NCBI GenBank assembly: GCA_964555055.1
Contig: CAZKQW010000001.1
Location: forward strand, 262,500-326,499
Source of the DNA: an uncultured Pseudomonadota bacterium
Lineage (GTDB): Bacteria; UBA10199; JACPAL01; GCA-016699445
DNA: 64,000 nt
Direction: 5' to 3'
Both the position numbers and the translations under genes were made by a program. The notes below the pieces were generated by a model, which saw only the letters and a list, made by a program, of their open reading frames with translations, ran no database searches and had not been told where the DNA came from. Below, one piece after another: positions 8,122-18,286 of this stretch (position 1 is the first letter of the stretch; each line of letters begins with the position of its first letter).

Positions 8122-10958
8122 GCCAAGGGACAAACGACGAGAAGACCGGCGAAACGAGCGGTAAACGCTACCGAGACACCCTTCACCTTCCACAAACCGA
8201 TTTTCCGATGAAGGCCGAGCTGGCCAAGCGCGAGCCTTCATTCCTGGAACGCTGGGAAAAAGATCAGCTCTACCGAAAAATCCTAAACGAAAACAAAAAT
8301 GGACCGAAATTCATCCTGCATGACGGGCCTCCGTACGCGAACGGCAACATCCATTTCGGCCACATCCTGAATAAGATCCTCAAAGACATGATCGTCCGCT
8401 ACCATAATATGCTGGGGCACTACAGTCCCTATATTCCCGGTTGGGATTGCCACGGGCTTCCGATCGAGCATCAAGTGGATAAGGACTTGGGACCTAAGAA
8501 GAAGACGATGTCAAAGGCCGAAATCCGCAAAGCGTGCCGGGATTACGCCTTAAAATACGTCAACCTCCAAAGAGAGGATTTCAAAAGACTGGGAATTGCC
8601 GCCGATTGGGAAAATCCGTATTTGACGATGAATTATCCTTATGAGGCTCAAATCGCGCGTGAGTTCGGGAAGTTCGCCGCCCAGGGGGATATCTATAAAG
8701 GCCTGCGTCCTGTCCTCTGGTGCGCGCATTGCCGTACCGCTTTGGCGGACGCGGAGGTCGAGCATGAGAACCATACCTCCCCTTCCGTTTATGTAAAATT
8801 TCCGCTAGTCCAGGACGAACGTTTTCAATCGCTCTTCCCTAAACTCGCCGGCGAGAAGGTCTCGATCGTGATTTGGACGACCACTCCCTGGACACTACCC
8901 GCCAACCTCGCGGTCGCTGTCCACACGAGCTACGATTACGTCGCCATGAATGTGGATGGGGAATTCCTCATCATCGCCAAGCAATTGGCCTCGGCTTTTT
9001 GCGAGATCTTGGAAAAATCCGAGACCGAACCCGCTTATCGGGTTTCGGGAGAAAAACTTGAAGGCTTGTCGGCACAACACCCCTTCCTCGACCGCACTTC
9101 GGCGATCGTCCTCGCCGACCATGTGACCGTGGATACGGGAACCGGCTGCGTCCATATCGCCCCCGGCCATGGTGAAGAAGATTATGAAGTGGGCAAGAAA
9201 TATAAGCTGCCAACTCTTACGCCAGTCGACGGTGAGGGACGCTACACGGCTGAATGCGGGATCGAAGCCTGGAAGGGGACGAAGGTACTGGAAGCGAATC
9301 CGACGGTCATCGCTCTCTTGAAGGAAAAAGGAGCCTTGCTGAAGGAAAAGAACATCGAGCACATGTACCCGCACTGTTGGCGCTGCAAAAAGCCGCTTAT
9401 TTTCCGCGCCACGGAGCAATGGTTTCTGTCCCTCACGAAGCACGACATCAAAGGAAAGGCTTTGGACGCCATCCGTCGAACCACATGGATCCCCCACTGG
9501 GGCCGCGAGCGCATCTATGGCATGGTCGAAAACCGTCCCGACTGGTGCCTCTCCCGTCAACGCAGCTGGGGCGTGCCGATCATGGCCTTCCGCTGCCGCG
9601 AATGCCAATACCTTCTCTTAGATCAAAAGCTCATCAATGCGATTGCCGATCGTTTCGAAAAAGAAGGCTCCGATATTTGGTTTTCCGAGCCCGTGGAAAA
9701 TTTACTTCCGGCCGGCACTCAATGTGCCCAATGCCAAAGCACGGAATGGGTGAAGGAAGAGGATATCCTCGATGTATGGTTCGATTCCGGAGTGAGCTTC
9801 GCCTCCGTCTTGGAAAAGCGTGACGATTTGGATTTTCCCGCCGACTTATATTTGGAAGGCAGCGACCAGCACCGGGGATGGTTCCATGCCTCCCTTCTCG
9901 CGTCCGTCGGCACTCGAGGAAAAGCTCCTTATAAAACCGTTCTAACCCATGGCTTCGTCGTAGACAGCCACGGAAAGAAGTATTCCAAATCTGCCGGGAA
10001 TTACGTACCTCCGGAAAAGGTGATCAAGGAAAACGGGGCCGAGATCCTGCGGCTCTGGGTGGCGGCCGAGGATTACCGTAATGACATACGCGTATCGACG
10101 GAAATCCTAGCGCGCTTGGCGGAAGCTTACCGGAAGATCCGCAATACGGGCCGATTTCTCCTGGGAAATCTTTCGGATTTCGACGCAAGTACGCCTTGGG
10201 ATAAAGTCACTCTCTACGAAATCGACCATTACGCGCGCCACCAACTCCAAAAATTGGTTCTGAAAGTGCAAAAAGCCTACGAAGAATCGAATTTTCACGT
10301 TATTTTCCATGAACTGAACCGTTTCTGCACGGTCGACCTTTCGGCGTTTTACCTCGATATCTTGAAGGACCGTCTTTACACCTACGCCAAGAGTCATCCG
10401 GCGCGGCGTGGAGCGCAAAAAGTCCTCTTCGAAATCGTCACGGTCATGAGTCGGCTGATGGCGCCGATTCTCGCCTTCACATCGGAAGAGATTTGGCAGC
10501 ATTTGCCTAATTTCACCGGCAAGACCGAATCCATCCATTTGGCTCGCTTTCCTAAGGCGGATCCCGCGGCGATCAACGAGGCCTTATCCGGTCGTTGGGA
10601 AAATTTCAAAGAACTCCGCGCCGATATTCTGAAGAGCCTTGAAGAAGCGCGGCAAGGCAAAATCATCGGAAATTCCTTGGAAGCGAAGATCATTTTCACC
10701 GCAGCCGACGAACCTTTGCATCTTTTGGAGAGTTTCGGCGATCAACTCTCGGATCTGCTGCAAGTCTCGCAAATCGAATGGAGCGAAGACATATCCCCTC
10801 AAGCCAAGCCGAGCAGCCTTTTTCCTTCCCTCTTCATCGAAATCCGGCGTGCCGATGGTAATAAATGCGAACGGTGCTGGAAATGGCGCGGGGACATCGG
10901 ACGGAACGCCACACATCCAACAATCTGCCATTCCTGCATCGAGGCCATCACCTCATGA
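8118..10958 (+). CDS. ileS: isoleucine--tRNA ligase
   Basis: Class I signatures: HIGH (PYANGNIHFGHILNKILKD) and KMSKS (KYSKSAGN). Also has the editing domain and a C-terminal zinc knuckle (CERCWKW...CHSC). Length 946 aa. Confidence 0.95.
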   Translation: MSQGTNDEKTGETSGKRYRDTLHLPQTDFPMKAELAKREPSFLERWEKDQLYRKILNENKNGPKFILHDGPPYANGNIHFGHILNKILKDMIVRYHNMLGHYSPYIPGWDCHGLPIEHQVDKDLGPKKKTMSKAEIRKACRDYALKYVNLQREDFKRLGIAADWENPYLTMNYPYEAQIAREFGKFAAQGDIYKGLRPVLWCAHCRTALADAEVEHENHTSPSVYVKFPLVQDERFQSLFPKLAGEKVSIVIWTTTPWTLPANLAVAVHTSYDYVAMNVDGEFLIIAKQLASAFCEILEKSETEPAYRVSGEKLEGLSAQHPFLDRTSAIVLADHVTVDTGTGCVHIAPGHGEEDYEVGKKYKLPTLTPVDGEGRYTAECGIEAWKGTKVLEANPTVIALLKEKGALLKEKNIEHMYPHCWRCKKPLIFRATEQWFLSLTKHDIKGKALDAIRRTTWIPHWGRERIYGMVENRPDWCLSRQRSWGVPIMAFRCRECQYLLLDQKLINAIADRFEKEGSDIWFSEPVENLLPAGTQCAQCQSTEWVKEEDILDVWFDSGVSFASVLEKRDDLDFPADLYLEGSDQHRGWFHASLLASVGTRGKAPYKTVLTHGFVVDSHGKKYSKSAGNYVPPEKVIKENGAEILRLWVAAEDYRNDIRVSTEILARLAEAYRKIRNTGRFLLGNLSDFDASTPWDKVTLYEIDHYARHQLQKLVLKVQKAYEESNFHVIFHELNRFCTVDLSAFYLDILKDRLYTYAKSHPARRGAQKVLFEIVTVMSRLMAPILAFTSEEIWQHLPNFTGKTESIHLARFPKADPAAINEALSGRWENFKELRADILKSLEEARQGKIIGNSLEAKIIFTAADEPLHLLESFGDQLSDLLQVSQIEWSEDISPQAKPSSLFPSLFIEIRRADGNKCERCWKWRGDIGRNATHPTICHSCIEAITS

Positions 10959-11518
10959 GAGATCTTTTGAAAAAATGGCCCCTCGTCTTAGGACTTGCCA
11001 CGGTGGTTTTCGTCTTGGATCAAATCACGAAGCATTGGATCGTCCAAAACGTGCCTCGGGAGGTCTTCTTCCCCGTCATTCCAGGGATTTTCGACATCGT
11101 CCATACGCGCAATAAAGGCGCGGCATTCGGTTTCATGTCGGAAATGCCCGAGCATATCCGGATGCCTTTCTTTTTCATCAGTTCCATTCTCGCGTTGGTC
11201 GGCATGATCTATTATTTTTCTAAAGCCTATCCGGAAGAAACCCTGGTCACGGTGAGTTTAGGTCTCATTTTAGGCGGCGCCTTAGGGAATATTTACGATC
11301 GCATCACCTTGGGCGAAGTGGTTGATTTTCTATCCTTTCATTATTACGACCAATGGGCGGACTTTTCTCTTTTCGGTCTTTCCGTTTCCTTCCGACTGGA
11401 ATGGCCCGCTTTCAACGTGGCGGATTCCGCTATTTGCGTGGCCATCGGCCTGTTGCTTTTTTTCATGCTCTTCAGGGCCGAGCCCGCGAAAACCAAAAAA
11501 GGAGTCGTTCTCCCATGA
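10955..11518 (+). CDS. lspA: lipoprotein signal peptidase II
   Basis: Starts at the ATG overlapping the ileS stop (ATGA at 10955-10958). Typical LspA segments: LVLGLATVVFVLDQITKHWIV, HTRNKGAAFGF, NVADSAICVAIGLLLF. ileS-lspA is a conserved gene pair. Confidence 0.88.
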   Translation: MRDLLKKWPLVLGLATVVFVLDQITKHWIVQNVPREVFFPVIPGIFDIVHTRNKGAAFGFMSEMPEHIRMPFFFISSILALVGMIYYFSKAYPEETLVTVSLGLILGGALGNIYDRITLGEVVDFLSFHYYDQWADFSLFGLSVSFRLEWPAFNVADSAICVAIGLLLFFMLFRAEPAKTKKGVVLP

Positions 11519-12309
11519 TGCCATTTCTCTTTTCCATCGGAGGAACGAAAGTCCCCTCCTTCTTTTTCTTCATCATGGTCGCGACCTTGGCATGCACCTT
11601 TTACCTCTTCTTCAATGCCAAGCGCGAAGGCCTACAACAAGAAGCCATGTTGGATATGGGGATTCTTGGAATGATCGTCGGCGTCTTAGGCGCCCGAATC
11701 TTTCACATACTCGTCGAGGCCCCCGCTTATTATTGGGCGAAACCGACGCGCGTGTTCGAGTTTTGGCGCGGCGGCTTCGTGTCCTGGGGCGCCTTTCTCG
11801 CCCTAGCGATCTCGTTACCCATTTATTTCAGGGTCCGGAAGCTTCCTATCTTGGAATATTTCGATTTCTTTGCGACCGGGGCGCCTTTAATCAAATTCTT
11901 TGTGCGGTTCGCCTGTCTCTTGACGGGTTGTTGCTACGGGAAACCCAGCGATCTGCCGTGGGCCATTACATTTACCGACCCGGCGTCGACGGCCTACTAT
12001 TACTATCCCAACATTCCCCTACAGCCCACTCAAATCTATTCCATGATCCACGCAACGCTGCTTTTTTTCTTCATGAGATGGTTCTACAAGACGCATAAAC
12101 AATACCCGGGAGAGAGCATCTGCGTCTTAGTCATCGCATGGTCACTCCCAAGGGCTTTCATCGAATTTTTCCGGGGAGATGCGGATCGGGGGCTGTATTT
12201 CGGAGGCCATGTGTCGACAGGCCAAATCACGGGCATGGTCGTTTCCATCGTAGCCCTTATTCTCTACCGGTACCTTCATGGACGCTACGCGAAAAAGACT
12301 CAGAGTTGA
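11515..12309 (+). CDS. lgt: prolipoprotein diacylglyceryl transferase (paralog 2)
   Basis: Begins MMPFLFSIGG at the ATG overlapping the lspA stop; the track ORF from 11353 is an upstream in-frame extension. Lgt segments: GILGMIVGVLGARIFHIL, FWRGGFVSWGAFLA, CLLTGCCYGKPSDLPWAITF. Confidence 0.85.
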   Translation: MMPFLFSIGGTKVPSFFFFIMVATLACTFYLFFNAKREGLQQEAMLDMGILGMIVGVLGARIFHILVEAPAYYWAKPTRVFEFWRGGFVSWGAFLALAISLPIYFRVRKLPILEYFDFFATGAPLIKFFVRFACLLTGCCYGKPSDLPWAITFTDPASTAYYYYPNIPLQPTQIYSMIHATLLFFFMRWFYKTHKQYPGESICVLVIAWSLPRAFIEFFRGDADRGLYFGGHVSTGQITGMVVSIVALILYRYLHGRYAKKTQS

Positions 12310-12955
12310 GATCGCGATCCTCTTTTTCGCGGTTTTAGGGTCCATCCGGCTTTTTTACGGATTACGGCATATTCCCCTCTTGCATGATTATCTCTCCACC
12401 CTCGTCGCTATCCTTCTCGTCTATCCTGCCCTCCTCCACACGGAGAAGCGCAAACTTCCTTTCGTATTTTGGGATAAAAATTGGGTGTCGTCCTTAAAGG
12501 TCCTCTTGCTGACGTCGTTGGTGGTTTTTCCGCTATTTCTTTGCGGGAATGCTATTTATCAAACGCAGCTCCTGCACCGCGTCTTCGTGCCCAACGCTTC
12601 CGTCTTCACCATTTCCGCGATCTTGGCCCAAATTGTCTTGGTCGGATTTCCCGAGGAATTCTTCTTCCGCGGCTATCTCCAACCGGGTCTCCGCTTCTTT
12701 TTCCCGAGACTAACTGAGGAAATCAGCTTCTTAAGGCCTTTGAGGATTCATGCATCCTGGAGCATCCCCCTCTCCGCCCTTCTTTTCGCGGCCTCCCATA
12801 GCTTCATCGCCTACCAATGGTGGCATTTCTCGATATTCTTCCCGGCTCTAGTCTTTGGATGGTTAAGGGAAAAAACAAACGGCCTCATCGCCCCGACTCT
12901 CTTTCATGCCTTAAGCAACATCGTCATCACGTGGATTGGGGCGTCGTATCGTTAG
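12278..12955 (+). CDS. CPBP family intramembrane glutamic endopeptidase (CAAX protease/Abi-like)
   Basis: Multi-TM protein with the EExxxR motif (PEEFFFRGYL), FxxxH (FAASHSF) and HxxxN (FHALSNIV). The 5' end overlaps the lgt2 3' end; the true start may lie downstream. Confidence 0.7.
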   Translation: MDATRKRLRVEIAILFFAVLGSIRLFYGLRHIPLLHDYLSTLVAILLVYPALLHTEKRKLPFVFWDKNWVSSLKVLLLTSLVVFPLFLCGNAIYQTQLLHRVFVPNASVFTISAILAQIVLVGFPEEFFFRGYLQPGLRFFFPRLTEEISFLRPLRIHASWSIPLSALLFAASHSFIAYQWWHFSIFFPALVFGWLREKTNGLIAPTLFHALSNIVITWIGASYR

Positions 12956-13038
12956 CAAAGAAAACTCGTCACGCCCGCTCATTTTCGATACCGGTATTCT
13001 TACTTAATGCTTTCGAGACAAACTAGAAACACACACAC

Positions 13039-13725
13039 TTGAAATCAAATCCTTCAACGCCAATTAAAATACTTTTTCTAGATCCCCACTTTTTAGTGGC
13101 TGAAAAACCTGCCGGGATAGCCACGCAACCTCTTAAAAACAGCGCCTTGCCTTCGCTAGCAGCGCTGTTGGCCAACGATTTTCCTGAATTAAAAAATGTG
13201 GGAGGGAGCGATTGGGGCGCGGCGCATCGGTTGGACGTCGAGACTTCCGGTCTCGTGATTTTCGCGCGCGATCAACAAACGTATGATTATTTCCGAAAAA
13301 TCTTTTCCGCGAATAAGATTGAAAAAGAATACCAAGCCCGCGTGCAAGGGTGCATCAAAAAACCAGGGAAAATCACTTGGCCTATCGGCCCCGACCCGAA
13401 AAGCAAAAAGCGCGTGAAGGTTTTTAAGGATAAAAAGGAAGCCATCCGAAACAAGGCCCAGGAGGCGGTGACTTATTACACTCCCTTGGCATCCACTATC
13501 TCGACGACATTATTAAAAATTACGATCAAAACGGGACGACGCCACCAGATCCGTGCCCACATGGCGGCTTTAGGGCATCCGGTGTTGGGTGACCAGCTTT
13601 ATGGAAGGCAAATGAAACCACCGCTTCATCTCTATGCCCAGCAGCTCATCTTCCAACATCCCATCTCAAAAAAAAGGCATAAAATATGCCTTACTGACGG
13701 GGCCATGATGGAGACGACAGCGTGA
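13039..13725 (+). CDS. RluA-family pseudouridine synthase
   Basis: Catalytic motif HRLDVETSGLVIFAR (HRLD.xTSG). FLVAEKPAGI and HQIRAHMAALGHPVLGDQLYG are typical of RluA/RluD. The annotated start is a TTG and is uncertain. Confidence 0.78.
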   Translation: MKSNPSTPIKILFLDPHFLVAEKPAGIATQPLKNSALPSLAALLANDFPELKNVGGSDWGAAHRLDVETSGLVIFARDQQTYDYFRKIFSANKIEKEYQARVQGCIKKPGKITWPIGPDPKSKKRVKVFKDKKEAIRNKAQEAVTYYTPLASTISTTLLKITIKTGRRHQIRAHMAALGHPVLGDQLYGRQMKPPLHLYAQQLIFQHPISKKRHKICLTDGAMMETTA

Positions 13726-13747
13726 GAGCATTTTCTATGCAGCCCTG

Positions 13748-14167
13748 TTGCGCAGGCCAGTCGCATTTGTAGACTCTACTGACAACGAAACGGTATACCG
13801 AAAAAAAAGAAATAAGCCGCAACTTCTAAAAGAAAACGCCGATCTCCTGGGTAAGGAGATTTTTATGCATCCACCTCTCATTTCCTCTTTAGCTGAGCGC
13901 TTTTTGGGCGGCCTCAAAGGTATCCACCCAGAAGTAGCAGATGTCGTGGATTCTGCTCAGAAGCTTGCACACGCCGTGAAAGAAAGCCCCGAGGCGGCAT
14001 TGCACCGAGTTGCCAATGGAGCCATTGACACATTCACAAACCATGCTCCCAAGCCACTAGTCCGTGCGGTTAGTTGCGTTGGCCTCACAGGATTGTGCGT
14101 CGCCTTCTGGGCGGTTCAAGCCTACACAACGGCAACGGATGGGAAGACCGATGGAAGCCGCCGTTAA
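13748..14167 (+). CDS. hypothetical small protein (possible start at internal MHPPLIS...)
   Basis: ORF only. No motif, no clear RBS, and convergent with murJ. Weak. Confidence 0.2.
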   Translation: MRRPVAFVDSTDNETVYRKKRNKPQLLKENADLLGKEIFMHPPLISSLAERFLGGLKGIHPEVADVVDSAQKLAHAVKESPEAALHRVANGAIDTFTNHAPKPLVRAVSCVGLTGLCVAFWAVQAYTTATDGKTDGSRR

Positions 14168-14168
14168 T

Positions 14169-15479
14169 TCAAAGAATGGACTTTAGCTTATACCCTAGGT
14201 ATCCGGCATGTCCGATGGACGAGAGACTCAAGGCTAAGGCGAGCCCCTGTGATTCCAAAGGTTTTATCAGAATCATTGAAAAGAGAATATGAAGACCTAC
14301 GGAGAGGTTAGAGGCTTTGAGTAAAACCCGAGGCTGTTGGAGCGACAAAAAGACTTGGGAGAGAAGTTTTGATACCGACACGAAGGGAAGCCCGATCGCC
14401 GTCATGATCAAAACCCGTTGCGTCCCTAGGACGTCGTGAGAGCCGAACTGTCCATGCTCAAATAAAAGCTTCACGATAGGTTTCGCCAAAACCATCAACC
14501 CCAATGTGGCAGGGAGGATCAATGCCAGAGTCACTTTCATGGAAAATAGCAGGGTATCCTTAAGCTTCTGCCGGCCTTCTGCGCTCGACACGCTCTGAGC
14601 TTGAAGCGATAGAGTGGGTAAAAGAATCGTCGCCATAGCAACCGCCACCAACCCTAAAGGGAATTGGAACAAACGATCCGCATACCAAAGCCAAGACACG
14701 CTCCCCTCCGGCAAAAATGTCGCGAGGGCGGTAATCAGTAAGACGTGAAATTGATAAATCGCCGCCCCATAGCAGGACGGCCAGAAGAGTTTCGTCATCT
14801 TTTCCAAGACGGGATGTCGCCATCCGAAATCAAAGCGAGGGAGGAGCTCCGCCCGCTTCAATACGGGCACATGGATTAAAACCTGAGCTACGCCTCCCAC
14901 CAAGACTCCGGCCGCCAAACCATAGATCGGTTGGGCGAAAAACCGAGAAAGACCTAAGGCTCCGCCGATCATGCCGAGATTGAGAAGCACCGGAGCGAGG
15001 GCCGATGGGGAAAATACGCCCACGCTATGGGCGATTCCCATCCCCAAAGCCGTCCACGTAATCAATAAAAGATAAGGCAATAGAAGACGCACCAGTAACA
15101 AAATCTGGTCATGGCTCGTCCCCTCCACCAACCCGGGAGCGAGGGCATAAATCAGCCCGGGAGCCGCTAAAATTAATAGAAGCAAAAGGCCTCCCAAAAA
15201 TACCGTCATCGCCGTGAAGACCTTATCCACGACTTGCTTAGCCTGAGAGGTCCCCTTTACCTCCGAAAAAACCGGCACAAAGGCCCCCGTTAGAGCTCCC
15301 TCAGCGAAGAGACGGCGAAAAAGATTGGGCAGGCGAAAGGCCACGAAGAAGAGATCCGTCAGTCCTCCGGCCCCGAAAACATAAGCGATAGCCATGTCTC
15401 TCAGCATTCCCGTGACCCGACTCACCAAGGTCAAAAAACTGACCCCGCCGGCTTTTTTCAGGATTTGATTTTTTTCCAT
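14169..15479 (-). CDS. murJ: lipid II flippase MurJ (MviN family)
   Basis: N-terminus LTLVSRVTGMLRDMAIAYVFGAGGLTDLFFVAFRLPNLFRRLFAEGALTGAFVPVFSE is the canonical MurJ signature. Polytopic. 436 aa is on the short side. Confidence 0.85.
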   Translation of the reverse strand: MEKNQILKKAGGVSFLTLVSRVTGMLRDMAIAYVFGAGGLTDLFFVAFRLPNLFRRLFAEGALTGAFVPVFSEVKGTSQAKQVVDKVFTAMTVFLGGLLLLLILAAPGLIYALAPGLVEGTSHDQILLLVRLLLPYLLLITWTALGMGIAHSVGVFSPSALAPVLLNLGMIGGALGLSRFFAQPIYGLAAGVLVGGVAQVLIHVPVLKRAELLPRFDFGWRHPVLEKMTKLFWPSCYGAAIYQFHVLLITALATFLPEGSVSWLWYADRLFQFPLGLVAVAMATILLPTLSLQAQSVSSAEGRQKLKDTLLFSMKVTLALILPATLGLMVLAKPIVKLLFEHGQFGSHDVLGTQRVLIMTAIGLPFVSVSKLLSQVFLSLQQPRVLLKASNLSVGLHILFSMILIKPLESQGLALALSLSSIGHAGYLGYKLKSIL

Positions 15480-15536
15480 TTAAAGGGTTTTGGGCATTGA
15501 CATATTTTTTGGCTGAATGCTAGCTCAGCCCACCTT

Positions 15537-15857
15537 ATGGCAGAAGAAACTAAAGAAGGTTCTAAAGAGACCAAGAAGAAGAAACTCGTGAAAGGCCGTC
15601 ACGCCTCGGCGATTAAGCGTCACCGCCAAAACGTGAAGAAGCAAGCCCAGAACAAATCAGCCATTTCCGCGATGAGAACGGCCGAGAAGAAGGTCCGTCA
15701 AGCGGTCGCGGCTAAGGATGCGGGCAAAGCCAAGGAAGCGTTGAAGACCGCCGTTTCTCTCTTGGATCGGGTGGGCAAGAAGGGTATTTTCCACCGCAAC
15801 ACGACGTCCCGTCACGTTTCCCGTCTTTCCCGTTTAGTGTCCGGCTTAGCAGCTTAA
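15537..15857 (+). CDS. rpsT: 30S ribosomal protein S20
   Basis: Basic helical protein with HASAIKRHRQNVKKQAQNKSAISAMRT... and RNTTSRHVSRLSR. A TTGACA hexamer lies ~35 nt upstream (15498-15503). Confidence 0.9.
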   Translation: MAEETKEGSKETKKKKLVKGRHASAIKRHRQNVKKQAQNKSAISAMRTAEKKVRQAVAAKDAGKAKEALKTAVSLLDRVGKKGIFHRNTTSRHVSRLSRLVSGLAA

Positions 15858-16210
15858 GATCTGAATAGGGTTCTTAAAGCACCCAAGGCATTGAAAGCCG
15901 TTCTTGTAGCTTTTCTTTCCACGAAAGCTGTAATTCCGCTTCGAGGGTTAAACACTTCACTCAGCAATACATCAGCTTGTAAATCTCGATAGGTATTTTC
16001 CACGGCTTCTGAAAAATTCCCCTTGGAAAACCTATCCGTAAATCTCTCGAACCCTAAGCAACCGGCCTCGGCAAGTGCGATAAACCCTCTTTCCAAAGGC
16101 GTAAAGCGAGCCTGATCCGCTAAAATACCTACAGTTTCCTCTTGTAGCACTTGTATAAGAGGCCTCGCGGGTATTTGCGGGGTGAACTTGAAATTTATAG
16201 GCGCGTTCAT
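15854..16210 (-). CDS. hypothetical protein (118 aa)
   Basis: ORF with somewhat AT-richer composition than its neighbours. Its 3' end overlaps the rpsT stop by 4 nt (convergent). No recognisable motif. Confidence 0.3.
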   Translation of the reverse strand: MNAPINFKFTPQIPARPLIQVLQEETVGILADQARFTPLERGFIALAEAGCLGFERFTDRFSKGNFSEAVENTYRDLQADVLLSEVFNPRSGITAFVERKATRTAFNALGALRTLFRS

Positions 16211-16296
16211 TTGAATCTCCTTATAATCAAAGAAAGGTTATCGGCTCCTCTTTTAAAAAGTTGCTATGCGGCGCATCAATATTTTTATGCGGTGTG

Positions 16297-17187
16297 TTAT
16301 TTTAGCCAACCGACTTCCATGCCGTGATGGCACAAGATGTAGTCGTAGCGCACAGGATCTTCCGGATCGAGAGTCTTCAAAAACTCCGTAATTTCAAGGG
16401 CCATTTTCCAATTTGGGTTGGCGTAACGGCTCAGGCGGTACTTTTGGGCGAATTGGTAAATATGGGTATCCAACGGCACGACTAAAGAAGACGGCGGAAT
16501 CTGCTTCCAGAGACCAAGATCCACCCCGTCGCTGGGTCTCACCATCCACCTCAAATACATGCACAGGCGCTTACACGCCGAACCATCTTCGGGTGACGGG
16601 AAGAAATGACGGAATCCTCGGGACCATTCACGGCGGCCGCTCATATCCAAAAGCCTTCTCGAAAAAGCGCCTAAGCCAGCCGAGACATCGGTAGGGCTTC
16701 CCTTCGAAAACAGGTTTTCGATCGATCCATACTCCCGTAAGGCTCGGGATAACGTCTCCATCAGAAGAATTAGGTCCTCTCCCCTCACCCACCGATGCTG
16801 GATTTTGAGCCAGGATTCCAGGTCTTCGTGAGGGTCGAACCGACCCTCAAAAGACTTCAGGAAACGAGCCGGCTGCGGTCCTAAAAGGGCCAGGATTTTC
16901 TTCAAGGACGTATGAATCGATTTCACCTGACCGAAGGCCATCAAAGCCGAGATCAACCCAACGACCTCTTGGTCCTCAGGCGACGCGTACTGGTGGACGA
17001 AATATACCGGGTCGGCTTCGATGGGTTGGATACGGTGAAGTCGCGCCAGCTCTCGTACCTTTTCCAAAGCCGCGTTCCGATCGCGCTTGGATGGTGCCCT
17101 TAAAGGGCGGTTTGACAAGGGTTTTCGGCTCAGCATAGAGTTTTCTCGCCGACCTATGGACGACATCGAAGAGATTAGAAAGCTCAA
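16297..17187 (-). CDS. DUF2400 / TIGR02757-family protein
   Basis: Segments [10 protein letters not shown]...[15 protein letters not shown]...LGPQPARFL and [11 protein letters not shown] resemble the conserved DUF2400 core. The true start is probably the internal MLSRKP (~17136), because the 5' end otherwise overlaps divergent nadA. Confidence 0.65.
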   Translation of the reverse strand: MSFLISSMSSIGRRENSMLSRKPLSNRPLRAPSKRDRNAALEKVRELARLHRIQPIEADPVYFVHQYASPEDQEVVGLISALMAFGQVKSIHTSLKKILALLGPQPARFLKSFEGRFDPHEDLESWLKIQHRWVRGEDLILLMETLSRALREYGSIENLFSKGSPTDVSAGLGAFSRRLLDMSGRREWSRGFRHFFPSPEDGSACKRLCMYLRWMVRPSDGVDLGLWKQIPPSSLVVPLDTHIYQFAQKYRLSRYANPNWKMALEITEFLKTLDPEDPVRYDYILCHHGMEVGWLK

Positions 17188-18079
17188 AAAAGAGCGAAAT
17201 GCGGTTATCCTTGCGCACTTTTATCAGGAATCTGAAATTCAAGACCTCGCCGACTACGTGGAGGATAGTTTAGGGCTCGCCCGACGCGCCCAAAAAACCG
17301 AGGCGGACGTGATCGTCTTCGCCGGAGTCCATTTCATGGCGGAGACCGCGAAAATTTTAAATCCTACGAAGACCGTCGTCATTCCGGATCTCGAAGCGGG
17401 ATGCTCCCTCGCCGATAGCTGTCCCCCGAAAGAATTCGCCGCCTTTAAAGCCCGACACCCGGATCATATCGTGATTTCCTACATCAACTGCACGGCGGAG
17501 ATTAAGGCTTTGAGCGACGTTATCTGTACGTCGAGCAACGCCGAGAAGATCGTTCGGCAGATACCTCCGAACCAAAAAATCATCTTCGCCCCGGACAAAA
17601 ACCTCGGCGCCTATCTCGTCAAAAAAACCGGACGCGACATGGTGCTTTGGAACGGCGCCTGCATCGTCCACGAGATCTTCAGCGAGAAAAAATTGGTGCA
17701 GCTTAAAGTGCGCCATCCGGAAGCCAAGGTCATCGCCCATCCCGAATGCGAGGAACACATCCTGAAATACGCCGATTTCATCGGCTCGACGTCCCGCTTG
17801 TTGGAATTTTCCCAAAAAGATCCGGCTAAGGAATTCATCGTAGTGACGGAGTCCGGCGTCCTGCATCAAATGGAAAAAGCGGCGCCTCACAAGACGTTTT
17901 ACCCCGCGCCTCCGGACGCCAACTGCGCCTGCAACGAATGCCCCCACATGAAGAAGAACACCCTTGAGAAGCTACGCCTCTGCCTGAGGGACTTGAAACC
18001 CGAAATCACGATGCCCGAATCCTTAAGACTCGCCGCCTTGAAGCCGTTACAAAAAATGTTTGAAATGACGGATGCCTAA
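17153..18079 (+). CDS. nadA: quinolinate synthase A
   Basis: [22 protein letters not shown]-terminus. Also has [12 protein letters not shown], the CxxxC-containing NCTAEIK, the HPEC segment, and the C-terminal [11 protein letters not shown] iron-sulfur ligand region. Confidence 0.9.
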   Translation, partial: PMDDIEEIRKLKKERNAVILAHFYQESEIQDLADYVEDSLGLARRAQKTEADVIVFAGVHFMAETAKILNPTKTVVIPDLEAGCSLADSCPPKEFAAFKARHPDHIVISYINCTAEIKALSDVICTSSNAEKIVRQIPPNQKIIFAPDKNLGAYLVKKTGRDMVLWNGACIVHEIFSEKKLVQLKVRHPEAKVIAHPECEEHILKYADFIGSTSRLLEFSQKDPAKEFIVVTESGVLHQMEKAAPHKTFYPAPPDANCACNECPHMKKNTLEKLRLCLRDLKPEITMPESLRLAALKPLQKMFEMTDA

Positions 18080-18286
18080 GTCAAGAAACGTCCACCGCCT
18101 ATTTTTCGGCAATTCGGCACTTCCATCCGTCAACTTTCTAGCACTTTTGCGGACATTGACGTTCATGATATCGTGGTCCTGCTGACCCCAACGAAATTAC
18201 GGAGTGTTTCCAAGCTTCTTCCACACGTTAGCCTCAGCGATCCTCATGGCAGAAAAATTGCTCTTACTTTCATCAGGAGGATCGCC

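Noticed and set aside
8895-9608. 237-aa ORF antisense inside ileS, and many similar 60-200-aa ORFs in the track (e.g. 7678..8241, 9254..9823, 17357..17947, 20707..21300, 47375..48064, 53598..54119, 57016..58434)
   Set aside because: All lie wholly within, and mostly antisense or out of frame to, well-supported conserved genes. They are GC-rich, Arg/Gly/Pro-heavy and low-complexity, so they are shadow ORFs.
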